Shown one piece after another: positions 21,290 through 31,533 of a DNA stretch of 64,000 nt. Numbering within the stretch: position 1 is the first letter of the stretch; every line of letters begins with the position of its first letter. The translations under genes and the position numbers were made by a program. This DNA is from Candidatus Latescibacterota bacterium (lineage in GTDB: Bacteria; Latescibacterota; UBA2968; GCA-2709665), in contig OZ250150.1 in the NCBI GenBank assembly GCA_965237675.1, positions 832,001-896,000 on the forward strand, read 5' to 3'. The notes beneath the pieces were generated by a model. The model saw only the letters and a list, made by a program, of their open reading frames with translations, ran no database searches and was not told where the DNA came from.

Positions 21290-24088
21290 CTATTCTTGCC
21301 TACCGCTACTCACCCGCCGCCGCCGTTTCGGTTTCGCCTTTGCGGCAAGCGGCGCAACCATCTTCTCGTAGAGACCGAGCAGGTGTTCGACCCGCTCGCG
21401 CTCGGTTGTGAAGCCGCTACGTCGGTACAGCCTATCGACGGCGCGGTCCAGGGCCTGATGTACTTTGCGAAGGTCGGGTGGCATGAAGTCAGGGTCGTAT
21501 AGGTTGGCCAACGTTTCGCCTGGATGGTTGGCGCGAGCGGCGAGAACGGCTTCCGCGGGGGGCGCAAGGCGTTCCAGGCGTTCGGCTGGGACGGGAGGCA
21601 GGGGGAAGGTATTGTACACAATGCCGATCCCGTACGAAAAGTCACTCTTGAGCCGCCCGCCGATGTTCCGGACCCACGCCATGTGAATTGTAGATGTAAG
21701 GAGTCCAAACTGCCAAAGGGCGGCGTTGAGTAGTACGCGTACTTTATTGCTCGGAATCACCGGTGGTTCCAGCCACGCGATTGGGATATAGTCACGCCGT
21801 TCGGAACTGACCTCCGGTACGACCAGGTACGGGTCCGAAGGAATGACGTTGACGTGGTAGAGCTTTGGCATCATTGACAGTGCCTGGGTCGGCTTGCTCT
21901 TGCTTGCCAGCCTATATTCGCGGACGGCCGCTATGCGCTCCCGTACTTTCGGCAGCGTCTTGAGCACGTGCGGCGGCGCTTCCGACAGATGCAATATCCA
22001 ACGTTCTCCGCCCTGCAAAAACTCGCGGCTTCCCACGAATGGTCGCAGATACGGTTCGGCACCCGGTTCTTCGCGAAGAAAAGTAGCCCGTTCGTCGACC
22101 TTAAAAATGTAATGGCCGCCGTCTATGGGCTTGGAGCCTATTATCAGCTTCGGCAGCCCATTGATGGGTAGATGTGCCTCCCGTACGACAACTCCAGCGT
22201 CTGTCAATCCGCTCGCGTCGAAGAGGTAGGGTGAGAGGGCGGTGGGTTGGCTCTGTTGTGGATCGCCGTTGACCGTTTCGTAGGAAAACAGACGCTTCTG
22301 TCGTGGAGCATCGTCCCGTTTGGCCAATCCGATAATGACCACGTGAACGTGCGCCATACCGCGCGCGTCCGAACCCCATGCGAACGTGCGGTGCGCAAAG
22401 GCGATTTCCAGTTTGTGGCGTTCGAACAAAATCGGCCAGAGTTGCGCCACCTGTTCGCCCTGCGTGATGGAATTGGTCGCGACAAAGCCGATTCGCGTAG
22501 TGCTATTCTGTACGTATTCCCCAGCTTTGATGAACCACGCGGTAACGTAGTCGAGCGTGCCGCCGCTCTTTCCCAATGCGGCGATGCCGCGCACCTGTTC
22601 GCGCTGTTCGGGCGATTGAAACTTCGCGCCCACGAAAGGCGGATTACCCAGCACGTACGAACATTCCTCCGGCCGCAGAAGTTCGGACCATTCAAACTCA
22701 AGCGCGTCACCATGCCGGATGTGCGGCGATTTCTCCAGCGGAATGCGGACGTACGTCTGTCCGAACTCCAAGCTCAGCCGGTTATTCATGATATGGTCCA
22801 TCATCCACAACGCGACCTCGGCGATGTGCGCCGGAAACTCCCCCAACTCAATCCCGTAGAACTGGTCCACGTCGACCACCGAAAGCAACTTTGCAAAGGC
22901 ATCAACCTGGCCCTTCGGACGAATCTCCTTGAGAACCTGGATCTCCAACTCTCGTAATTCACGGTAGGCAATGATGAGGAAATTCCCGCAGCCGCAGGCT
23001 GGATCGAAGAAATTCAGGTCACCGAGCCGCTGCTGAAAGGAGATCAGTTCGGGAATGCGGCGCGTGTCGCGACGCGCCTTCAGGCGTTGGAACTCCTCGC
23101 GCAGTTCGTCGAGGAATAGCGGCTCGATTACCTTGAGGATGTTCTGCTCGGTGGTGTAATGCGCGCCCTGTCGGCGGCGTTCGTCCTTCTCCATTACGGA
23201 CTGGAATAGCGAGCCGAAGATGGCCGGAGAGATATCGGACCAATTGAAATGGCAAGCGTCGATGAGCCGCTGGCGCATTCTGGAATCGAACGATGGTATG
23301 GACAGCGTGTCTCGGAAGAGGTCTCCGTTGACATTGGGGAAGCGGTCGAGGTCTTCGTCGAGCGTTTTGGCGCGTCGGTCTTCGGGTGTGTTGAGCACCT
23401 GGAACAATTGCGCCAGCCACCCGCCCAGGTCTGAGCCATCTTCGTTCGTCCTATTTTCCAACAGGTCAAGGAAGATGTCACGCGGCTCGAAGATGCCGGT
23501 GTCGTCGGCAAAGAAGCAGAAGACGATCCGGACGAGGAATTGCTCCAGGTCGTGGCCGGTGTAGCCGGAAGCCGCCAGCGCGTCGTGGAGAAGGCCCACA
23601 CGCTCGGCCGCCTGAATGTTTACCGGGTCTTGATCCTTGAAGGTGCGCTTCTGGAGGCCGAGAATAAAGCCGAACTTTTCAATGTTATCAGGTAGATCGG
23701 CCAGGGCGAAACGCACCTCCTCGCGCTCGTCCCTGTCGATCAATTCAAAGGTCTGGAAGTCGCACTGCAACTGGTAGCGCGGTCGCTCGTGCTCCTGCAG
23801 GGCATCGAAATAAGCGTCTGCCTGGTGCCGCGCCTTTTCCAGATTTACTCCCGCGCTCTTCTGCTCGACGAGCAATACCCCAGGCCAAAACAGATCGATG
23901 AATCCGTGGGAATCGTCCAGCCGTTTGACCTGCTCTTCGTAGCGGGCGACCGTGCGACGTTTTACGCCGAATATCTCGAAGAATTCATTGTAAAAGCTCT
24001 GCGTCTCGCCCTTCTCGTAGCCCGAGTCCTTCCACTCTCGTGCAAAATTGGCGGCGCGGGTGCGGATTTCATTCCATGATAGTCGCAT
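21290..24088 (-). CDS. MmeI-like Type IIL restriction-modification enzyme (fused endonuclease, N6-adenine MTase and TRD)
   Basis: LSWNEIR N-terminus, IDLFWPGVLLVEQKS nuclease motif, GAHYT, DPACGCGNF, GNPPF and VYNTFP. Confidence 0.92.
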   Translation of the reverse strand: MRLSWNEIRTRAANFAREWKDSGYEKGETQSFYNEFFEIFGVKRRTVARYEEQVKRLDDSHGFIDLFWPGVLLVEQKSAGVNLEKARHQADAYFDALQEHERPRYQLQCDFQTFELIDRDEREEVRFALADLPDNIEKFGFILGLQKRTFKDQDPVNIQAAERVGLLHDALAASGYTGHDLEQFLVRIVFCFFADDTGIFEPRDIFLDLLENRTNEDGSDLGGWLAQLFQVLNTPEDRRAKTLDEDLDRFPNVNGDLFRDTLSIPSFDSRMRQRLIDACHFNWSDISPAIFGSLFQSVMEKDERRRQGAHYTTEQNILKVIEPLFLDELREEFQRLKARRDTRRIPELISFQQRLGDLNFFDPACGCGNFLIIAYRELRELEIQVLKEIRPKGQVDAFAKLLSVVDVDQFYGIELGEFPAHIAEVALWMMDHIMNNRLSLEFGQTYVRIPLEKSPHIRHGDALEFEWSELLRPEECSYVLGNPPFVGAKFQSPEQREQVRGIAALGKSGGTLDYVTAWFIKAGEYVQNSTTRIGFVATNSITQGEQVAQLWPILFERHKLEIAFAHRTFAWGSDARGMAHVHVVIIGLAKRDDAPRQKRLFSYETVNGDPQQSQPTALSPYLFDASGLTDAGVVVREAHLPINGLPKLIIGSKPIDGGHYIFKVDERATFLREEPGAEPYLRPFVGSREFLQGGERWILHLSEAPPHVLKTLPKVRERIAAVREYRLASKSKPTQALSMMPKLYHVNVIPSDPYLVVPEVSSERRDYIPIAWLEPPVIPSNKVRVLLNAALWQFGLLTSTIHMAWVRNIGGRLKSDFSYGIGIVYNTFPLPPVPAERLERLAPPAEAVLAARANHPGETLANLYDPDFMPPDLRKVHQALDRAVDRLYRRSGFTTERERVEHLLGLYEKMVAPLAAKAKPKRRRRVSSGRQE

Positions 24089-24155
24089 GTAGTGCCTTCA
24101 ATTGCATCACGTGGCGGGATTGCCCACAATGCATTTTATAGTTCTTCAATCGCAC

Positions 24156-24908
24156 TCAGGAACGGTTTAATATACACCGCAGATAACTGAGTGACGATAT
24201 TGCTTTGAGACTGTTGATTTCCGTTCCGAATGTTACTGCCTCTCCGTGTAGGACTTGATGCCGATTTAGTCCTTCGAATGACTCGCTCCTTTCATGTTGA
24301 TTCATCCAAAGAGGGCTCGAAATCGAGAGAGGGGTCAACATCGCCTCCAAGAAACCACCGGGGGCCTCGTTGCGTTTATATTTACAGGCGACAGATTTTC
24401 TTTCGTAACTTTTAAACAAACTCTTTGAGGATGCCTCCCAAAATATCCCGTCTGACTGCGCCAGTAAAACCGGTATCGCGAGGTTGTACTTTCGTTCTCG
24501 ATGTGCTTGGAACGCATCACGGAAGAGATGGCTTCTCTCCGGATAGGACTGAGAGAGTTCCAACTCTATGGCATCTACTCGCTCCCGTAGGAAGTCGATG
24601 GCAATTTTCTCGGCGCGATCACGGTCAGCGCTCACAGTGCGCAGGATTTCTTGCAGGTTATCCAAGGGCAATCCCAAGTCGGGGAACCATCCAATCTTGG
24701 CAAGTTTAATCAAAGCCTTTCTGTTAATTTCCGGTAGTTCTTGCAAATACTTCAAGAACAGCACGGCATACGGCGCCAATGCCTGGACTGTTTGTCTGAT
24801 CGTCTCTATATCTTTTTCTAGCGATGGAATCGACGCAAAAAGTAACTCGGCAAAATGCTCTGCAAGAGTGCGATTCCGATTGTGTTGACTATCACTTTCC
24901 TGCGCCAT
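24156..24908 (-). CDS. Hypothetical protein with a C-terminal HEPN-like R-x4-H motif
   Basis: AFQAH...Y.LAIP.LL.Q.DG and LNRHQVLHG. Confidence 0.6.
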   Translation of the reverse strand: MAQESDSQHNRNRTLAEHFAELLFASIPSLEKDIETIRQTVQALAPYAVLFLKYLQELPEINRKALIKLAKIGWFPDLGLPLDNLQEILRTVSADRDRAEKIAIDFLRERVDAIELELSQSYPERSHLFRDAFQAHRERKYNLAIPVLLAQSDGIFWEASSKSLFKSYERKSVACKYKRNEAPGGFLEAMLTPLSISSPLWMNQHERSESFEGLNRHQVLHGEAVTFGTEINSLKAISSLSYLRCILNRS

Positions 24909-25285
24909 CGTCAATCTTCCTCGGGGTATGTTGCCTGTCTATATAATGAGAGCTCCCGTTAACGAGCAACGTGATCTATTGCCGACCAATCCTGATCTTC
25001 CGCATCTCTCTGACAAACAGGATATCCTTGAATACCCTTTCGCTATCTTTATCCAATTGGAGTTATCCCTCGATCTCACGTCGCCGTAATTAATCTTCGG
25101 TCTCCAAATATACGATCCTGAAATCTGTTGGATCCCCACGCCTACCAACGAAACACGGCCAGCCATCGACATGACCATAATTGCCACGTAGGGCGAGCAA
25201 TTTCGAGCATCGTGACGCGTTTCGCCGTCGTAATCGCAGCCGATTCGTCCGGGGCAAAGGATCGTTGGGCTATCCCGTCGGGAAA

Positions 25286-25915
25286 TCATTTTCCCTCTGG
25301 TGTCCAACTCTCCCTAAGCTTTTGGAGTGTCTCGACAAATCGTCTTGCGTGGCGCGACGCATTCGTGACTTTCGCAGAGTCTATTGTAGCCAGGATTTCA
25401 AAACTGTGACGCCCTTTGTCATAGCGGCCTTTCGAGGTACGACGCGTAGCCTGGCGAATTCTGTTGAGTACATCATTCTTGGCAACCTGCTCTATCTGTT
25501 GATTCGACGGGAGCGCGGTTTCCTGAAAGCCCTGGCCGTAGTATTCCTCAAGGGCCGTACGGTCCGCCAGAAACCAGGATTCCATGACCTCTACCATGAG
25601 GTGGCACTGGTCGTCGGTTGCGCCAGCTGGGCGATCCCGGCCATCACGGCCCTTGAGGTGTTGCCACGGCCCCGTTTCTCCTACCGCCCTTTCAGCGTCC
25701 AACAGAAGCATCGGGCCTTCATTTTTGGCGGCCGTATTACGTTGTCTCGTCCTAAAGTCCTCGTACGCGTTCCTGCGACTGCCCGAGGCTACAATTTCGG
25801 GCATTGTTCCTTTCAACCCCGATTTTTCAATGAATTTCCGAAAACCCCTGCGGCACGCCCTTTTGAGCGCCCTGCTACTGCCTCCTCCTTCGACATATAG
25901 CTTGATCTTCACCAC
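25286..25915 (-). CDS. DUF4276 family (TOPRIM-like) protein
   Basis: LYVEGGG, LLLDAE, MESWFLAD and YDKG.HS motifs; overlaps the ATPase stop. Confidence 0.8.
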   Translation of the reverse strand: MVKIKLYVEGGGSSRALKRACRRGFRKFIEKSGLKGTMPEIVASGSRRNAYEDFRTRQRNTAAKNEGPMLLLDAERAVGETGPWQHLKGRDGRDRPAGATDDQCHLMVEVMESWFLADRTALEEYYGQGFQETALPSNQQIEQVAKNDVLNRIRQATRRTSKGRYDKGRHSFEILATIDSAKVTNASRHARRFVETLQKLRESWTPEGK

Positions 25916-27102
25916 CGATTCCCTCCTATTTCCCCTTTCACCCAGAGCTCACCAAGTCGATATTTATCGAGCCATTTCTCAAGTTCCTCGCCGTCCAGCC
26001 GGCGAAGTTGGCTCGCTCCGTTGGATTTTTCGCAGACAATTACTGCCTCCGGAGTATCCGTGAGCGCGTCAATGAGAATGTCAGAGTGTGTTGTGACGAA
26101 GATTTGGCTGCGGGACGACGCCTCGACTAGAAGCTCCGCCAACTCCGGGATCACGTCAGGGTGCAGTCCGATCTCAGGCTCCTCAATGCATACAACAGGT
26201 GGCGGATTGGGATTGCAGAGCACCGAAAGCAGGCAAAGATAGTGTAGAGTACCATCAGAAAGCCGGGTGGCCGGCACGGAATGATCCAAGCCTTCTTCAT
26301 GGAAGGACAACTGCACCGTGCTACCCTGTATCGTCACGAGAATATCCTCTATCGTCGGATGAAAGGCCTTCAAGCGTTCCACAATCTTGCGTTTTACGGG
26401 AGGTTGGTTCAGTAAATTGCCAAGAACCAAGCCGATATTTGAAGCGTCCTCCAACAGGCTGTCCTGCGGGAGGTCGGCCTGCTGCGGAAGGCGGGATGGT
26501 GCAGAGCGACCGAGGTTCCACTCACGATAGAAACGCATACGTTCGAAAGCCTCAGCCAGATGGGTTAATTCCGGATAGGAGTCCGGATCGCGACGCTGCG
26601 CGAGAATGGACTGGTCGGGAATTACTTCATCCCGTGTGAGGCGTCGGTCTGGACGAGGCTCCTGCGTGAAGACGTTGAGCACTGGCTGACCATCTCGGTA
26701 TCGGTAGAAGATATATGGCTCCTCGTTTCCTGGAGTCGGCTTCTCATTCTCGATCGCCTCTTCCAAGAGTTCAAACCGTGCACCTGTCTCGGTGAACGAC
26801 AGCCGATACCTGAGCGGCTGCTTCTCCGGGTATTCGACTGTTACGTCTACGGTTGCCGTGCCGAGTCGAGTGGCTCCTTTCCAAAGCCAATCGTGAACGC
26901 CTCCTCCTACCCGAATCGGTGCCTGCAAATCCCTGGTCGGCGCTGCTGACAGGATCGATAACACTTCAATCAAGTTTGATTTTCCAGACGCGTTAGGACC
27001 AATGAAGACGTTTAATGGTTCCAGATGAAACTCCTCGTCCCCGGATCCGTAGGACAATATGTTGTCGAGACGGATTGTTCGAATCAACCTTTTGCCTTTC
27101 AT
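25909..27102 (-). CDS. ABC-type ATPase (AAA_21)
   Basis: GPNASGKS, LSDGT, IEEPEIGLHP and TTHS motifs. Confidence 0.9.
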   Translation of the reverse strand: MKGKRLIRTIRLDNILSYGSGDEEFHLEPLNVFIGPNASGKSNLIEVLSILSAAPTRDLQAPIRVGGGVHDWLWKGATRLGTATVDVTVEYPEKQPLRYRLSFTETGARFELLEEAIENEKPTPGNEEPYIFYRYRDGQPVLNVFTQEPRPDRRLTRDEVIPDQSILAQRRDPDSYPELTHLAEAFERMRFYREWNLGRSAPSRLPQQADLPQDSLLEDASNIGLVLGNLLNQPPVKRKIVERLKAFHPTIEDILVTIQGSTVQLSFHEEGLDHSVPATRLSDGTLHYLCLLSVLCNPNPPPVVCIEEPEIGLHPDVIPELAELLVEASSRSQIFVTTHSDILIDALTDTPEAVIVCEKSNGASQLRRLDGEELEKWLDKYRLGELWVKGEIGGNRW

Positions 27103-27296
27103 AGCGCACTCCCCTCATTTCCCATTTCGGCTCCAACTGCAAATGGAATTTCTTTCTTTCGTCAGGATCTCCACTGAATCGGCTAAATCATCCGTGATTC
27201 AATTGCAATCCCTGATTTCCGGACTGATTCATTAAATTGCCCCGGCGATCTCTTCCACTTTCTACAACCCCCTCTACAGACCCCACAAAATCGACG

Positions 27297-27420
27297 GTTG
27301 TCGGACAGCCATTGCCATCAAAGCATTTTGTCGGCCACTTTTCATCGTTATTGACCGACAACTGACGTTGTGGGACAAGAGTGTCCGTCAAAATACCTCT
27401 CTGCCTTCTGCGACGTTTAA
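27297..27420. repeat. Copy 1 of a ~124-bp direct repeat (fic 3' end plus downstream TGTCGG-rich region)
   Basis: Colinear with 28831-28954 at an offset of 1534. Confidence 0.75.
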
Positions 27421-28500
27421 GAGTTCGGGAAACGCAAGAACTGCTGCCCTACGGCCCCTGCCTTGATGAACCACCCTCAGGACGTCACCTTCGCACAAGA
27501 CATCCAGAATCCGCCGCGCGGTTCGCTGTGTAATGCCCGCGGATGCCGCAAAGTCAGAGCTGCGGAATATCGGACGTTCAAAAATCCAGTCCAGTGCATG
27601 GACGGCGTAGCGGGAGCGGGTGAGGTCGGCCACACGCCGCTTCATCTCTTCGTAGAGGTCGATGATGCCCTGTGCCTTTGTCAGGTTGTCCTGGGCTTGA
27701 ACCCTCACCGCTTCCAGGAAAAACCGGCACCATCCGGTCCAGTCGTCGTCACGCGAGACGGCAAGCAGGCCGTCATAGTAGGCGTCACGGTGGGTTTCGA
27801 AATAAGCACTGATGTAAAACATGGGAGCTCTGATAAGGCCACGCTGCCATAGGAACAGCGGCACCAGTATGCGTCCGAGACGACCGTTGCCATCCAGGAA
27901 CGGGTGCAGGGCTTCGAACTCGGCGTGCAGAATGGCGAGTTGAACCAATTGGTCGGCCGCATTATCGTGGATGTAACGCTCCCACGCACTCATGGCCTCT
28001 GGAAGCTTGTCCGCCCCAATCGGCACAAACTTGGCTTGATCGATGGTACATCCAGTGGGACCGATCCAATTGGGAATCCGACGAAATTCACCCGGTGACT
28101 GACCCTCTCCCCGCACCCCAGCCAACAGCACCCTATGGGCCTCGCGGATCACCCGATGGGAAAGCGGTAGCTTCTCCAGCATTTCTACCGCCCGCCGCAT
28201 TGCGGTGCGATAGTTGATCACTTCGTGAATGTCCTCCCGACGTGTGGGCGAATCCGGCTCCCGTCCGGCCTCGAACTCCAGCACCTCGCCCATAGTGGCC
28301 TGAGTGCCCTCGATGCGCGAAGAGAGCACGGCTTCCTGTGTTGTCAGAGGCGCAAGCAGATTGTCGGTGTTTGGGGTGGCGGCGAGTGTACCGTCGTAAC
28401 GTGCGACTGCCGCGGCGGCTGGGCCAATGAGTGGAATCAGCGCTGACCAGTCGAGGTTTTCGGGAGGGAACCGGCCGGCGTGGTATTGGACATGCGTCAT
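27388..28500 (-). CDS. Fic family protein (Fic_N + Fic + C-terminal HTH)
   Basis: EAVLSSRIEGT and HPFLDGNGRLGR. Confidence 0.92.
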   Translation of the reverse strand: MTHVQYHAGRFPPENLDWSALIPLIGPAAAAVARYDGTLAATPNTDNLLAPLTTQEAVLSSRIEGTQATMGEVLEFEAGREPDSPTRREDIHEVINYRTAMRRAVEMLEKLPLSHRVIREAHRVLLAGVRGEGQSPGEFRRIPNWIGPTGCTIDQAKFVPIGADKLPEAMSAWERYIHDNAADQLVQLAILHAEFEALHPFLDGNGRLGRILVPLFLWQRGLIRAPMFYISAYFETHRDAYYDGLLAVSRDDDWTGWCRFFLEAVRVQAQDNLTKAQGIIDLYEEMKRRVADLTRSRYAVHALDWIFERPIFRSSDFAASAGITQRTARRILDVLCEGDVLRVVHQGRGRRAAVLAFPELLNVAEGREVF

Positions 28501-28830
28501 CAATCGTCTCCAAGCTCCCATTGCATGTGATGGCCGCAACGCCTGGTGCAATCGTGCGGCTTTGGTGGAAAAAACAGCGTCCCTGCATAAATCTTATTAT
28601 GTAGATGCGAAATTTCTTGTGCATATAGGTTTCGACCTTCAGCCGAGGAACCGTGGTCGATCCCTTGCGGCTGCGGCCGTCGCCTTAGTAATCGCCATTT
28701 ACCGCAGATCTCCGAGAAGACGCGGCGCAGTTCTGCCACTTCGACGTACAGCGACAGATTAATTCTTCGCCGCTGCACGATATATTTCGCTTCTATAGCC
28801 GCGGTCAGGGCCCACTCGACGAAAACGGCT

Positions 28831-28954
28831 GTTGTCGGTCAGTCATTGCCGTCAAAGTATTTTGTCGGCCATTTTTCCTCAAAATTGGCCGGTAAGCGAT
28901 GTTGTGGGACATACGTGACCGTCAAAATACATTTCTGCTTTCCGCAACGTTTAC
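28831..28954. repeat. Copy 2 of the ~124-bp direct repeat; relic fic 3' end
   Basis: Encodes NVAESRNVF* versus NVAEGREVF* in the intact fic. Confidence 0.75.
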
Positions 28955-29036
28955 GCGAATTCCAAAATCGAGTCCACCCATCCCCCGTGGGCCTGCCTGT
29001 CCTGCCTGCTGAAGCAGACGAGGCAGGCGGCAGACA

Positions 29037-29154
29037 GGCAACCCTTGTGGATGCCCTGGTTTCTTTGGCGGAGATCGTCGCTTCCTGGAAGGCCGGGCGC
29101 CCACAAGAGGCGCCCCTACAAATGTGATCATTCCACGGATGTGGTTGGGCATTG
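29037..29154. repeat. GTAG-type REP doublet, copy 1 of a 118-bp direct repeat
   Basis: GGCAACCCTTGTGGATGCCC...GGGCGCCCACAAGAGGCGCCCCTAC; colinear with 31699-31816. Confidence 0.75.
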
Positions 29155-29267
29155 GCATAAGCCCTTGCATCGAGGTGGATCCAAAACGCTTGGACATGAC
29201 CGCCCAAGTGGCTTTTGCGGAAAAGCGATAAGATGGCGATTCGGTTCCTCGGTTCATTTGCCTTGAA

Positions 29268-31007
29268 TTAAGGACATGGTCTGTACTCGACCAATGCCGA
29301 CCGGCCGACTATGTCGGCGATGCGGACAAACATTTCGGTTCCGTCGGCATCGGTCAGCCGCAACTCTTCTCCGAGAATGAAGTGGACCGGCTGCTGCGCT
29401 CCCTGGTTAATCGAGACGTTGGAGGCGTACAGGTAGGTTCTGCCGTGACTATCCAGGATGGGGTTCAACCTTCCGGTTAAACCCGGTACCTCGCCGGTTG
29501 CCTCCGGGAAAATGACCGCACCCCCCTCCGGAAGCGTCCCAAGTTCAATCGCGAGCGCTCCACGGCTCGGCACCCATTCACGCTCCACATGCGCGGCGGA
29601 TCCGCGAGCAGCCACAAATACTGTCATCGGGAGGTGCGTGGTGTGCAGATCAATCGCCGCCTCGCCGTATTCGTCCGTGGTCGCGCGCTTCCATGTCTTG
29701 TTCGGAAAAAGTGTCAGAAGGTCGGCACCAGGCCGGGGTTGGCCGACGAACCGCACGGTGATGACGGCGCGGGCAGGGCTCTGCTCCTGCGCCGCCGCTG
29801 GTAGGGTGAGGCAGACCTCCGCGTCATCGATCAGTCGGTATTCAGGCATTCTCCCGCAGAGTTCCCACGTTTCCCGCCGAATGATCGGAACACCATCTCC
29901 GCGGCGCTCCATAAAGTATTGTCTGTCCTCTGAGCCCCGGACTCCCCCTACCGGCATTCGTCCCAGCACGGAGGTCAATGCTTCGTTTCGAGTCGCTTGC
30001 CGCGTTGCCATACTCTCAAGCGTCAGGTTATTCGGCAATGAACCCGGCGACTGGATCTCAATCCGATCCTCAAACATGGATAGGCGGATTCTACTGCCCT
30101 GAATGGAATAGTCGCGGTGCGCCACGGCGTTGACGATGGCCTCGAACAGCGCCTTGTCGCTGTACTGAGGCAAATCCACGCGCCACGGCTCCTTGCGCGC
30201 CGCAACGTGCATGTTCCTTACGCCGAAGGTCACCGCATCGGCGATTTGCCGGTTCAACGGGCCGGTAATTTCCTGCGCATCGATCTGGCCAGAGGCACGA
30301 TCCTTTCCCCTGTAGCGGGTCGCCGTAATGCAGGCGTTGGAGAGCCACTGCGCGGGATTCTGGGTGCACAACAACACGCCAGCAACCGTGGCACGCGAGA
30401 CCCCGGCTTCGTCGGGCGCTAGAAGCGCCAACTTCAGGAGCGCTGCCTCAGGATCCGCTGCCCCTTCGGCACTCAACAGGGGTTTCCAAAGCGATTCATC
30501 AAGAGTTTTGAACCCGGTATCCGGAACCGTTTGCTCGTCGAACGATCGGAAACGCGCCTGTCCCCGTCGTTGCGCCAGGCGCAGCCGCTCGTCACTCGTC
30601 ATCCTTCGCTTTGAACCGCCTACACGAACATAGCTTCCACCGGGGCTGTCATGCTGCGAATCGCCCTCCGGGACATCCACCAGCAGCAACCGATTGTCAT
30701 CAGGGAGTTGTTTGTGATATGTGTGGATACGAACGGCCGGTCTGATGGAGTCGGAGCTCACTTCGACCAGAAAAGAATCCAACGCGACGATCTGCTCAAG
30801 CGACATGCCCTGCACCTCGCCTTCGTCGGTGACGCTGCAAAGCAGTACGCCGCCGCTCGCATTGGCGAACGCCGCGATCTCGTCGGCCAGATCATCCCTG
30901 CGGGGACACTTGGGAACGATGCCGGCAAACACGATTTCCTTAAATTCCCACTGGCTGTCTTCACCCAATTGGAGTTGACGCTCGATTTCTTCGACGCTGT
31001 AACTCAT
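29268..31007 (-). CDS. Schlafen/AlbA_2 + HATPase_c_4 (RecG C-terminal-like) protein with an extra beta-rich C-terminal domain
   Basis: GEDSQWEFK, AFANASGG, EAIVNAVAHRDY, SPG and MERRGDG motifs. Confidence 0.85.
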   Translation of the reverse strand: MSYSVEEIERQLQLGEDSQWEFKEIVFAGIVPKCPRRDDLADEIAAFANASGGVLLCSVTDEGEVQGMSLEQIVALDSFLVEVSSDSIRPAVRIHTYHKQLPDDNRLLLVDVPEGDSQHDSPGGSYVRVGGSKRRMTSDERLRLAQRRGQARFRSFDEQTVPDTGFKTLDESLWKPLLSAEGAADPEAALLKLALLAPDEAGVSRATVAGVLLCTQNPAQWLSNACITATRYRGKDRASGQIDAQEITGPLNRQIADAVTFGVRNMHVAARKEPWRVDLPQYSDKALFEAIVNAVAHRDYSIQGSRIRLSMFEDRIEIQSPGSLPNNLTLESMATRQATRNEALTSVLGRMPVGGVRGSEDRQYFMERRGDGVPIIRRETWELCGRMPEYRLIDDAEVCLTLPAAAQEQSPARAVITVRFVGQPRPGADLLTLFPNKTWKRATTDEYGEAAIDLHTTHLPMTVFVAARGSAAHVEREWVPSRGALAIELGTLPEGGAVIFPEATGEVPGLTGRLNPILDSHGRTYLYASNVSINQGAQQPVHFILGEELRLTDADGTEMFVRIADIVGRSALVEYRPCP

Positions 31008-31196
31008 CACTGTTCTCCAGATCCAGGCTGTGTAGACCCGGCAAAGTTTACCCTTGTTTCAACTCGTCGATCGCCCCCCAGCCCTGTTTATGTCGTTCAC
31101 GCCGGTTGCAGCTGGAAAGACGGCAACGCAATTTCGACGGACCGGCTTCCCCCCGCAGCATGGCGTCGCGCTGGTATCGGCTTTGAAAGGGTACCA

Positions 31197-31439
31197 TCAA
31201 TCCAAACCATCGGCGACCGTTGCGTCGAGACCGCTCCATTCTTCACTGTCGGCAGCCATGGCTCGGTAGGTTTCCTTGAAGGATAGCTTGTTACGTTCAT
31301 TGCCATATATGAGGACGCCCTGTTCAGTCTCTTCCAGGACCAGCGAGTCGCCCCAGCCGTATTTCTGCACCAGCGCTCTCGGTAGCCGAATGCCCCTGGA
31401 GTTGCCGATAGCGATCAGTTTGACATCCCTCGTTGCCAT
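31197..31439 (-). CDS. AbrB/MazE-type antitoxin (orphan)
   Basis: KLIAIGNSRGIRLP; acidic C-terminus WSGLDATVADGLD. Confidence 0.85.
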   Translation of the reverse strand: MATRDVKLIAIGNSRGIRLPRALVQKYGWGDSLVLEETEQGVLIYGNERNKLSFKETYRAMAADSEEWSGLDATVADGLD

Positions 31440-31533
31440 ACAGTCGACCTCCGTCGGATTCCTTCTATTACAGAAGTCATATAGTTACTTTATCGGACGA
31501 TGTCAAGCCTTCCGTGGAAATAAAAAGCAAGCA

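Noticed and set aside
24939-25307. 122-aa ORF between DUF4276 and the HEPN-like gene
   Set aside because: No motifs; another frame looks protein-like but has stops, so it is probably decayed sequence.
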